From Bacillota bacterium (lineage in GTDB: Bacteria > Bacillota > Clostridia > Christensenellales > CAG-314): a DNA stretch of 64,000 bases. Position numbers and translations under genes: made by a program. Shown one piece after another: positions 28,907-37,648 of the stretch (within the stretch, counting starts at the first letter, position 1; every line of letters begins with the position of its first letter). Below the pieces are notes generated by a model, which saw nothing but the letters and a program-made list of their open reading frames with translations, had not been told where the DNA came from and searched no databases. The DNA lies in NCBI GenBank assembly GCA_023458375.1, contig JAEWZT010000006.1, positions 85,931 through 149,930 on the forward strand, read 5' to 3'.

Positions 28907-29788
28907 TTGAGTCATAATAAAAAATTAATTAATAGAGTTTATCTTGATTGTGTTCAAATAATAGAATCAAGTAATGATACAAATATAGAGTCAAAGCGTA
29001 AAAAGCTTGTTAACGCTTATGAAAAACTCACTGATTCAGACGATTGGGAAACGCAAGAATTTCATAGTATAGTTCATGAATTGCGGGTTTATGATTTTGT
29101 GAAAAGAAGTGGCATAGCTATAACAGCCAGTAAAGATAGATTTGATGGTCCGGATTTTGAAACCGAATTTGGATATATTGAATGCGTCTGCGCCACAAAA
29201 GGCAAAAGGGGAACGCCTCAAAGAAAGGAGCTTGACGAGGCGTTAAACGGCACAATGAATAGGTCTCGCGCGACGTTGCCAAGGCTAACTTCTGTTATCC
29301 TTGATAAACAAAAGAAATACGTGAAATATCAAACAAAAGACATATTAAAGCAAATTCCTTGCCTAATTGCATTAGGCACTTCAATATTTTCCGAAGATTT
29401 CAATAGCGATTTAAATTTAGATAACGCGCAAAAAATTCTTTACGGAATTGGTGATCAAACATTATTATTTAATGCAAACACCCATAGCTTTGAAGATACA
29501 GGGGGGGTTGAATTATATGCTTATAGTAATAAAGGGTACAAAGGCAATAATATTGAAGTTGGGAGTGACTATTTTTCAGAGGATTCTTATAAGTTAATAT
29601 CTGGCGTAATACTGGTCAACAATCGTATTGTTGAAACGTTAAGTAATAATTGTTTTAATATTTTATTAAATCCAAATGCTATAATTTCCGTTGATATAAA
29701 TAAATTAAGCAAATTCCGTTATTTTTATAGATATGCCATTGAGGAGAACGGCAGAAACTCATATAAATGGCATGTGGAAGAAACTTAG
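28907..29788 (+). CDS. hypothetical protein (AT-rich orphan; weak PD-(D/E)xK-like motif)
   Basis: 293 aa with a TTG start. It is markedly more AT-rich than its flanks. GPDFETEFGYIECVCATK loosely resembles a restriction-endonuclease-fold core. No confident family assignment. Confidence 0.4.
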   Translation: MSHNKKLINRVYLDCVQIIESSNDTNIESKRKKLVNAYEKLTDSDDWETQEFHSIVHELRVYDFVKRSGIAITASKDRFDGPDFETEFGYIECVCATKGKRGTPQRKELDEALNGTMNRSRATLPRLTSVILDKQKKYVKYQTKDILKQIPCLIALGTSIFSEDFNSDLNLDNAQKILYGIGDQTLLFNANTHSFEDTGGVELYAYSNKGYKGNNIEVGSDYFSEDSYKLISGVILVNNRIVETLSNNCFNILLNPNAIISVDINKLSKFRYFYRYAIEENGRNSYKWHVEET

Positions 29789-29851
29789 ATTTTTGGCTAA
29801 AATGCAACTGTTTTAAGCGATTTTTTAGGGTTAATCTGCTATAATGCCCTT

Positions 29852-30661
29852 GTGGAAACTCCAAAATACAAGTTAGGTCATATCGGACTGCATTTTTTTG
29901 AAGAGCCTTTTATAAGCGGAAACAAGGGCAGCGGAACAATGTTTTTTTCGGGATGTAATATGCGCTGCGTATACTGCCAAAATTATCCCCTTTCGCGGCA
30001 AAACATGGGAAAGGGTTTTTCCGAGCAAGAGTTCATTTGCGCGGCGTTGTCTTTACAGGAAAAAGGCGCCCACAATATAAACTTAGTAACCCCCAGCCAT
30101 TATATCAAGCCGCTGCCCCAAACGTTAAAAAAGTTGAAGCAAAAGCTTACAATCCCCATTGTTTACAATACCAGCGGCTACGACGGCGAAAAGGATTTAG
30201 AAAACTTAAAAGGGCTTGTCGACATTTACCTTGCGGATTTTAAGTATTGGAGCGATGAAAGTTCGCAAAAGTATTCGGGCAGAGCCGATTATCCCGCAGT
30301 TGTAAAAAAAGCGCTTATTGAAATGAAAGGGCAGCAGCCTGAGGATATTTTTGACAGTGTTGGCATTATGCAAAGGGGTTTGGCAGTTCGCCATCTGGTT
30401 ATGCCCGGTCTGATTGAAGAAAGCAAGGCAATTTTGGATTTTTTAAGGCAAAACTTTGGCGAGCGAACGGTTGTTAGTTTAATGGCTCAATACCTGCCTT
30501 TATACGGAGCGGAAAGTTTTCCCGAAATTAACAGAAAAATAACAAAAACGGAATATCACAAGGTTTTAAACTATGCTTTGAATTTGGGGTTTTCTAACAT
30601 TCTTACGCAAGAGCTTGCTTCGGCGGCGCAAGAATACATTCCCCATTTTAACTTAATTTAA
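29852..30661 (+). CDS. radical SAM protein, PflX/PflA-like
   Basis: CNMRCVYCQN (CxxxCxxC) preceded by GSGTMFFSGC. 269 aa with a GTG start. Confidence 0.75.
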   Translation: METPKYKLGHIGLHFFEEPFISGNKGSGTMFFSGCNMRCVYCQNYPLSRQNMGKGFSEQEFICAALSLQEKGAHNINLVTPSHYIKPLPQTLKKLKQKLTIPIVYNTSGYDGEKDLENLKGLVDIYLADFKYWSDESSQKYSGRADYPAVVKKALIEMKGQQPEDIFDSVGIMQRGLAVRHLVMPGLIEESKAILDFLRQNFGERTVVSLMAQYLPLYGAESFPEINRKITKTEYHKVLNYALNLGFSNILTQELASAAQEYIPHFNLI

Positions 30662-30721
30662 AGGCGCTCAAACGATGACGGACATTACATTTAAAACAGA
30701 AAAAGGGTTTTTGGCCACAGG

Positions 30722-31189
30722 GTGGGGGCTATTATCATCTGCAAAGGAAAACTGCTGGCAATCAAAAACGCAAAACACCCCTATTACTATACAATCGGCG
30801 GCAGGGTAAAAGTAGGTGAGCTATCAGAGGAAGCTGTAATAAGGGAAGCTTACGAAGAAACAAATATAATTTTTACCGTTGACAGATTGTGTTTTGTCCA
30901 TGAAAATATGTTTAACGCCGATTTTTTGGCGGGAGGGCAGATTGTGCCCTTTCACGAAGTTGGGCTGTATTATCTTTTAAAAAGCGAGAGCTTAGAGGGG
31001 CTTAGTTGCGTAAGCTTAGGTATGGACGGGGGCGAAGAATCGCTGCATTGGCTGCTCTTAAACCAACTGGGCGGCTATCAATTATACCCCGAGTTTTTTA
31101 AAACTGAGTTGCCCCTTTTAAACATTGAGGGACGGCAAAATGTTAAGCACTTTATAACAAGAAACGGTTTGACATTTATAGGAAAATAG
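30722..31189 (+). CDS. NUDIX hydrolase (N-terminus possibly frameshifted)
   Basis: Nudix box GGRVKVGELSEEAVIREAYEETNI. It has a GTG start, but an upstream ATG at 30675 in another frame could supply the missing N-terminus. Confidence 0.7.
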   Translation: MGAIIICKGKLLAIKNAKHPYYYTIGGRVKVGELSEEAVIREAYEETNIIFTVDRLCFVHENMFNADFLAGGQIVPFHEVGLYYLLKSESLEGLSCVSLGMDGGEESLHWLLLNQLGGYQLYPEFFKTELPLLNIEGRQNVKHFITRNGLTFIGK

Positions 31190-31206
31190 AAAAAAGGAGA
31201 AATATA

Positions 31207-31887
31207 ATGCTTGCGATACTAACGGCGCTTGAAAGCGAAGCCAAAGAGATTTTGCAAAAGGTTACAATAGAAAAAAAAGAGCAAAAGACCTTTTGCGAGA
31301 TATTCCATATTAAATATGAGGACAAAAAGGCGATTTTAGCCGTTATGGGCGTAGGCAAAGTTTTAGCGGCGATGACTACGCAGTTTGTTTTGGATAATTA
31401 TCCCGTAACAACGCTGTTAAACTGCGGCACGGGGGGCGGCGTAGAAGGTGAAGCGAGTTTGGGGGAAACTTATCTGATTGAAAAATGCTGCCAATACGAC
31501 TTTGACGTAAGCCCTTTTGACAGGCAGACAATTAAAATCGGTCAGCTGCCAAGGCGGGAAAGCGTTTTTATGCATTTGCACACTCCCGACAGCTTTAAAA
31601 AAGTTTTTGAGTTGTCTTGTCTTGCAACGGGCGACAGGTTTGACGACAGCGACGAACTTGTTGAGTTTATAAAGAGCAACTTTAATTGCCCCATAAGGGA
31701 TATGGAGGGGGGCGCGATAGCGCAGGTTGCAGAGGCAAACAACATCCCCTTAGTAATGCTTAAAGGCGTATCGGACTATGTGGGCAAAAATAGCGTAAGT
31801 ATGTTTGCCGACCACAAGGGCAACTTTGAAAAGATTTTAGCAAAAGTTTCCGATAATATTAAGCTTATAATGAGTATTGAAGGTTAA
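31207..31887 (+). CDS. MTA/SAH (5'-deoxyadenosine) nucleosidase-like, PNP_UDP_1 family
   Basis: Aligns by eye to Pfs: ILTALESEA, GVGKVLAA, NCGTGGG, ATGDRF, DMEGGAIAQVA and LKGVSDYVG. Confidence 0.65.
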   Translation: MLAILTALESEAKEILQKVTIEKKEQKTFCEIFHIKYEDKKAILAVMGVGKVLAAMTTQFVLDNYPVTTLLNCGTGGGVEGEASLGETYLIEKCCQYDFDVSPFDRQTIKIGQLPRRESVFMHLHTPDSFKKVFELSCLATGDRFDDSDELVEFIKSNFNCPIRDMEGGAIAQVAEANNIPLVMLKGVSDYVGKNSVSMFADHKGNFEKILAKVSDNIKLIMSIEG

Positions 31888-31909
31888 ACGGCAAAGAGAG
31901 GTAAAGAAG

Positions 31910-34243
31910 ATGAAAATAGCGTTAAACGAGGGTTGGATTTTTTCAAAAAACGAAGATTTTTTACAAAGCGAAATTGTGCGGCTTCCCCATGCAAACGCGC
32001 TTTTGCCCATAAGCTATCTTGACGAAAAGGACTATCAATTTGTGTCCTATTACAAAAAAGAGTTTGTAATAAGCGGCGATATGCTGGATAAATGCCTGCT
32101 TTTGACATTTGAGGGGGCGGCGCATCAATCGGCGCTTTATGTAAACGACCAACATGTTTTAACGCACAACTGCGGCTATACCGCTTTTTCCGCAGACATT
32201 TCCCCTTTTGTAAAGAAGGGAAGCAACACCTTGCTTTTGCGCGTTGACAGCAGGGAAAGCTTGGATATTCCCCCCTTTGGCAACGTTATAGACTACCTGA
32301 CCTACGGCGGCATTTATCGCGAGGTTTACCTTGAAGTTTTAAATAAAGCGCATATTGTTGATATTTTTGCCAAAGGCTTGGGCGGCGGAAAGGATAATTT
32401 TTGCGCCGAAATAACGCTAAGCGAAAAAATAAAGGGGAAAATATGCCTAAGTGTTACGCATTTTCAAAGCGGCGGCGTCGTTTTTGAAAAATGCCGCGAA
32501 ATAGATTGCAAAACTTTAACCGTTGAGGAAGAAATCAAGCAAGCCTTGCTTTGGGACTTGGAAAATCCCAATTTGTATATTTTAAACGCAAAACTTGAAG
32601 TTGACGGCAAAACCGTTGACGAAAAAAGCGTTCGGTTCGGTTTCCGCACGGCTGAATTTAAAAAAGACGGTTTTTATTTGAACAGCAAAAAAATTGTTTT
32701 GCGGGGGCTTAACCGCCACCAAAGCTACGCATACGCAGGCTACGCTTTGCCTTCGCGCCCGCAAAGGCTTGACGCCTTGATATTAAAAAACAAACTTGCG
32801 GTAAACATTGTGCGCACAAGCCATTATCCGCAGTCTCGGCATTTTTTGGAGGCATGCGACGAAACGGGACTTATGGTATTTACCGAAATCCCCGGCTGGC
32901 AGCATATCGGAGGGGAAGAATGGCAAAATCAGGCGCTTAATAACACGCAGGATATGATTATGCAAAACCGAAACCACCCTTGTGTCGTGTGCTGGGGGGT
33001 AAGAATTAACGAAAGCGCCGACTGCGACGCGCTGTATGAAAAGACAAACCCCCTTGCCAAAAGTCTTGACGGCACGCGCTCTACCGCCGGCGTAAGGTAT
33101 ATCGCCCACTCTAATTTGTTAGAGGATGTTTACAGCTACAACGACTTTATTTTTATGGGGAAAAACGATTCCGTTACGCCGAAAAATAAAATGTACCGCG
33201 GCGAAAAACCTATGCTTATTACCGAATATAACGGGCATATGTTTCCCGCAAAAAGCTATGACGACGAAACGCATAGGTTGGAGCATACTCTCCGCCACCT
33301 AAAAGTTATGGAGGGCTATTACAGCCGCAAACACCTTTTGGGCGGAATCGGCTGGTGCATGTTTGACTACAATACCCACTCACAATTCGGTTCGGGGGAC
33401 AAGATTTGCCACCACGGCGTATTGGATATGTTCCGCAACGAAAAGCTTGCCGCCGCCGCTTATTCCATGCAAGGCGAAACGCCTTTTATGGAAATATCTT
33501 CTTCTATGGACAAGGGCGACTGGGCGGGCGGAACGATTGAAAAAGTTTACGCCTTTACCAACGCCGACAGCGTAAAGCTATATAAAAACGGCAAGTTTGT
33601 AAAAGAATTTTTTCCCGACAGAAAAAATTTCCCCAGTATCCCCCACGCGCCCGTTATAATTGACGACTTTGTGGGAGACGCCCTTATTAAGGAAGAAGGT
33701 TTTAGCGAAATAAGCAGTAAAAGAACTAAGCAATGCCTTGCATATATTTTTAAACACGGCTACAACGATTTGCCGCTAAGGATTTTGCTTAAAGCGTTCT
33801 CGGTGGTGCTGAAAGAAAAAATAACGATAGCGCAATTTACCCAAATCGCCGCAAAATACGTCTCGGGTTGGGGCAGCGCGTCGGCGGAATTTATCTTTGA
33901 AGGCGTTTACGGAGGCAAGGTTTTAAAAAGCGTCAAAAAGGCAAGCTGCGCCGATATCGGACTGTCTTGCGAACCCGACACAACAAAGCTAACGGAGAGC
34001 GATACCTATGACGTCGCAACGGTATCCCTCAAAGCCATTGACGGCAACGGAAACCTTTGCGTTTATTGCAACGAGCCCGTTTTGATAAAGGCGGAGGGCG
34101 CGGTTGAAATTATAGGTGAAAACTCAATATCCTTGCGCGGCGGAATGTGGGGCGTATATGTTAAAAGCGCAAGAAAAGGCGATGGCGCGCTCATTTTAAC
34201 TTTTAGGGGAAAAGAACAGACAATTGCCTTTAATGTGTCGTAA
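31910..34243 (+). CDS. glycoside hydrolase family 2 (beta-galactosidase/beta-glucuronidase-like)
   Basis: GH2 sugar-binding N-terminus (LNEGWIF...FEGAAHQSALYVNDQ), NIVRTSHYPQ, the catalytic region WGVRINES and ITEYNGH. The start was moved to ATG 31910. Confidence 0.8.
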   Translation: MKIALNEGWIFSKNEDFLQSEIVRLPHANALLPISYLDEKDYQFVSYYKKEFVISGDMLDKCLLLTFEGAAHQSALYVNDQHVLTHNCGYTAFSADISPFVKKGSNTLLLRVDSRESLDIPPFGNVIDYLTYGGIYREVYLEVLNKAHIVDIFAKGLGGGKDNFCAEITLSEKIKGKICLSVTHFQSGGVVFEKCREIDCKTLTVEEEIKQALLWDLENPNLYILNAKLEVDGKTVDEKSVRFGFRTAEFKKDGFYLNSKKIVLRGLNRHQSYAYAGYALPSRPQRLDALILKNKLAVNIVRTSHYPQSRHFLEACDETGLMVFTEIPGWQHIGGEEWQNQALNNTQDMIMQNRNHPCVVCWGVRINESADCDALYEKTNPLAKSLDGTRSTAGVRYIAHSNLLEDVYSYNDFIFMGKNDSVTPKNKMYRGEKPMLITEYNGHMFPAKSYDDETHRLEHTLRHLKVMEGYYSRKHLLGGIGWCMFDYNTHSQFGSGDKICHHGVLDMFRNEKLAAAAYSMQGETPFMEISSSMDKGDWAGGTIEKVYAFTNADSVKLYKNGKFVKEFFPDRKNFPSIPHAPVIIDDFVGDALIKEEGFSEISSKRTKQCLAYIFKHGYNDLPLRILLKAFSVVLKEKITIAQFTQIAAKYVSGWGSASAEFIFEGVYGGKVLKSVKKASCADIGLSCEPDTTKLTESDTYDVATVSLKAIDGNGNLCVYCNEPVLIKAEGAVEIIGENSISLRGGMWGVYVKSARKGDGALILTFRGKEQTIAFNVS

Positions 34244-34448
34244 CGGCAAAAGTAAAAAAACTATAAGGACGCGTTATAAAAGGAAGAAGCAAAGCAAGTT
34301 TTAAAACAAGTTTCACAATTTTGCCCGAAAAATCTAGTTTAGCCCTGTGGTGCGCGGACGTTCTTGAATAACAAAGCAGTTAGCAGGTTATTGCGGTATA
34401 TTTTATTGATTTTTCAAATTAGTCAAAATCTATTAACAATAATAAAAA

Positions 34449-34483
34449 CAGCCGCTGTTTAATTTCGGCGGCTTTTTCTTTTG
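34449..34483 (+). terminator. intrinsic terminator
   Basis: AGCCGC-N12-GCGGCT followed by TTTTCTTTTG. Confidence 0.7.
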
Positions 34484-34598
34484 TGTTTTTTTAATTAAAA
34501 GTTTTTGACTTTGCAAAGTTTTTTGCATTTAAAAGACTATATTTAGTTTTTTGCCTTACGAAAGACGAAAGATACAAAAGATTTTGCAGCAATCTGCT

Positions 34599-35276
34599 TT
34601 ATTCTTTATTCCCCTCTTTTTCCTTTAAAGCCGCCGCCGATTTGTTTGTCTGCTTTTTCAGCTTTGTCTTTTTGGAGCTTTGCAGCAAATGCCGCAGGAA
34701 AAAATATAAAATAGCTATAATTTGCAGCGGAACGACGATAATTAAAATTATCCAAAATTCCTCCACAATATATTGAGTGCTGAGCCAAATAGAAAAAGTC
34801 AGCCCCCAAATGACCATGGACACGCTTATAACCTGCAAAACACGCTTGTGCCAAATATAGCCGAAAATAAACATAAGCATTCCCGAAAGGGGCACGCAAT
34901 AAATAAACACTAACCAGGGGTTGGATATATCGGCTTGAAATACTGTAAGGTAGGCAAAGATCACCGCACCCAAAAGCCAAACAAACAGCCCGCAAAGCAC
35001 TGCCACAACGATTTTGCTTACCCTCTCGTAGGGAAGCTTCCTAAGCTGCTGCGGCTGCAAAAGGTCGTCCACCGTAAGCTTATAAAGCTTTGCGATACGC
35101 TGCAAAACAAAGACGTCGGGAATATTTTCCCCCCTCTCCCACTTGCTTATCGCCTTGTCGGAATAGTTAAGCATATTCGCAAGTTCAAGCTGCGTAATAT
35201 TTGCAAGCTTGCGGTAATAAACGAGGTTTGACGCCACTATTTGTTTTAATTGACCTTCTTCCAATTGCTCCTGCAT
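34599..35276 (-). CDS. XRE-family HTH regulator fused to a 4-TM membrane domain
   Basis: N-terminal HTH (ITQLELANMLNYSDKAISKWERGENIPD) followed by four hydrophobic helices. Confidence 0.75.
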   Translation of the reverse strand: MQEQLEEGQLKQIVASNLVYYRKLANITQLELANMLNYSDKAISKWERGENIPDVFVLQRIAKLYKLTVDDLLQPQQLRKLPYERVSKIVVAVLCGLFVWLLGAVIFAYLTVFQADISNPWLVFIYCVPLSGMLMFIFGYIWHKRVLQVISVSMVIWGLTFSIWLSTQYIVEEFWIILIIVVPLQIIAILYFFLRHLLQSSKKTKLKKQTNKSAAALKEKEGNKE

Positions 35277-35487
35277 ACCGTCATTTTAGTTCGCGCCATA
35301 TTAATTTGTCAAGTAAAAGTTCAATTCTACCGGCAGTAGAGTGGGTTTTCTTTAAAGTAGAGTGGGCAAAAATATTTGTAGGTTGGCAAAGGCTTTCCGC
35401 CTTGATACAATTTTAATAATAAGCGGGGAAGAAAAGAAACAAAGATTTAAGCTTTTTCTTACATTTGTCCCCGTTTTGGGAGGGTTT

Positions 35488-36687
35488 ATGGACGTATTTA
35501 ACAAGTGCCGCCAAAAACTGCTTTCGGAAAAGCTCATTGAAAATAATATCTACCCTTATTTTCACGAGCTTCAATCGCGGCAGGGACCCGAAGTTGTTAT
35601 GGAGGGGAAACGGCGCATTATGCTGGGAAGCAACAATTATTTGGGGCTTACCGCGCACCAGCGCGTAATTGACGCGGCAACGCAAGCCGTCAAGCAATAC
35701 GGCAGCGGCTGTTCGGGCTCGCGTTTTTTAAACGGAACGCTTAATTTGCACGTTACGCTTGAAAAAGAGCTTGCAGACTTTTTAGGCAAGGAAAGCGCGC
35801 TTACTTTTTCTACGGGCTTTCAATCTAATTTGGGAATAATTAGTGCCGTCGTAGGAAAAAACGACTACATGATTTGCGACAAGGAAAACCACGCCAGCAT
35901 ATACGACGGCTGTAAGCTTAGCTACGGAAAAATGCTGCGCTACCGCCACAACGACATGGAACATTTAGAAAAGCTGCTTGCCGAAGTGCCGCAAGAATGC
36001 GGCACCTTAATAATAACCGACGGCGTGTTTTCTATGAGCGGAGATATAGCCAACTTGCCGGAGATTTGCCGTTTGGCAAAAAAATACGGCGCAAGGGTTA
36101 TGGTGGACGACGCGCACGGGCTTGGCGTGATAGGCGAAGGGGGCCGCGGCACGGCAAGCCATTTCGGGCTTACAAAGGAAGTGGATATCATTATGGGCAC
36201 TTTTTCAAAGTCGCTTGCAAGTATGGGTGGCTATATGGCGGCGGACGAAGAAATAGTAAACTTTGTCAAACACACCTCGCGCCCCTTTATTTTTTGCGCC
36301 AGCATAACGCCCAGCAACGCGGCTGCGGCGCTTGAAAGTTTAAGGATTTTAAAAGAAAATCCGCAGATGCCCTCAAAACTGCTTTCCCTTGCAAAGTATA
36401 TGCGCGCGGGACTACGCCAAAGAGAAATTGCCATTAAGGAAAGCATAACCCCCATTATCCCCATTTACACATTTGACACGGAGCTGACTTTTGTCATAAC
36501 AAGGGAGCTTTACGAAGGCGGCGTTTACGTCAACCCCGTTACCGCGCCCGCTACCCCCGTTGGCGAAGCGCTATTAAGGACAAGCTATATGGCGACGCTT
36601 ACAAAAGATTTATTGGACGAGGCGATTGAAATAATAAGCAAAGTTTTGGCAAAATACCCCCTGTTAAAGCAAGGGGAACGCGCGTGA
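35488..36687 (+). CDS. alpha-oxoamine synthase family PLP enzyme, serine palmitoyltransferase-like
   Basis: YPYFHELQS...GSNNYLGL, GSRFLNGT, DDAHGLG and GTFSKS (PLP lysine). The GSRxLNGT and GTFSKS forms look more like SPT than like KBL/BioF. ATG 35488 follows a GGGAGGG RBS. Confidence 0.7.
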   Translation: MDVFNKCRQKLLSEKLIENNIYPYFHELQSRQGPEVVMEGKRRIMLGSNNYLGLTAHQRVIDAATQAVKQYGSGCSGSRFLNGTLNLHVTLEKELADFLGKESALTFSTGFQSNLGIISAVVGKNDYMICDKENHASIYDGCKLSYGKMLRYRHNDMEHLEKLLAEVPQECGTLIITDGVFSMSGDIANLPEICRLAKKYGARVMVDDAHGLGVIGEGGRGTASHFGLTKEVDIIMGTFSKSLASMGGYMAADEEIVNFVKHTSRPFIFCASITPSNAAAALESLRILKENPQMPSKLLSLAKYMRAGLRQREIAIKESITPIIPIYTFDTELTFVITRELYEGGVYVNPVTAPATPVGEALLRTSYMATLTKDLLDEAIEIISKVLAKYPLLKQGERA

Positions 36688-37481
36688 AAGATTTTGTCGG
36701 CAAATGCGTCGTTATTACGGGGGCAAGCGGCGGGATAGGCTACGCCTGCGCCAAGTTTTTTGAGCAAAGGGGCGCAACGGTATACGATTTAAGCAGAAGC
36801 GGAACAAGTTGCGATAACATAAACCATATTTTTTGCGACGTAACTGACGCGCAAAGCGTTAAAGAGGCGGCGGCGCATTTAGCAAAAGTTACCCAAGAAA
36901 TCCACCTTTTGATAAATAACGCAGGGTTTGGTATTTCGGGCGCGATTGAAGACACTCCGCTTGAAAAAGCCAAAGCGCAGTTTGACGTTAATTTTTTCGG
37001 GGCGGTAATGGTAACCAACGCCCTTTTGCCGCAAATTAAAAAGGTGAAAGGAAAAATTATTTGTGTAAGCAGCGTCGCGGCGGCTTTGCCCATACCTTTT
37101 CAGGCTTTTTACAGCGCAAGCAAAAGCGCCGTCAATGCCTACGCAATGGCGCTTGCAAACGAGCTTAGACCCTTTGGCGTGGGTGTTTGCGCCCTAATGC
37201 CGGGGGACACAAAAACTTCTTTTACTCAAAACAGACAAAAGCAGACAGCTAGCGCGCAATACAGCACAAGGTCGGAAAAAAGCGTCGCCCAAATGGAAAA
37301 AGACGAGCAGGAAGGGGGAAGCCCGTTGCTGGTCGCAAAAAAAATCTACCGCATAGCGCAAAAAAACAAAATAAAGCCTCTTTATACCGTCGGCGCAAAA
37401 TATAACTTTTTTGTGTTTTTGTCAAAGGTGCTGGGAAGCGCCGCGGTCAACAAAATACTGGGCAAAATGTATTCAAGGTAA
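36684..37481 (+). CDS. classical short-chain dehydrogenase/reductase (SDR)
   Basis: TGASGGIG, NNAG and YSASK motifs. The GTG start overlaps the upstream stop (GTGA). Confidence 0.85.
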   Translation: MKDFVGKCVVITGASGGIGYACAKFFEQRGATVYDLSRSGTSCDNINHIFCDVTDAQSVKEAAAHLAKVTQEIHLLINNAGFGISGAIEDTPLEKAKAQFDVNFFGAVMVTNALLPQIKKVKGKIICVSSVAAALPIPFQAFYSASKSAVNAYAMALANELRPFGVGVCALMPGDTKTSFTQNRQKQTASAQYSTRSEKSVAQMEKDEQEGGSPLLVAKKIYRIAQKNKIKPLYTVGAKYNFFVFLSKVLGSAAVNKILGKMYSR

Positions 37482-37564
37482 GCATTTTTATAAAAATATT
37501 CCTCCAACGAAAAGCCTTTTGCTTATAAGCAGGGGGCTTTTTGTCTTGCCTTTTTCCTCTGCCC

Positions 37565-37594
37565 TTGACAGAGGACAAAAAGGTAAGTTATAAT
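37565..37594 (+). promoter_or_regulatory. sigma-A promoter (TTGACA-18-TATAAT) for alr
   Basis: Consensus hexamers at 37565..37570 and 37589..37594. It follows a terminator-like hairpin at about 37513..37545. Confidence 0.65.
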
Positions 37595-37648
37595 TATTTT
37601 TACAGTAAGAATAAACTACCTATAACGAATGCGCGAGGGGTAGCTTAT

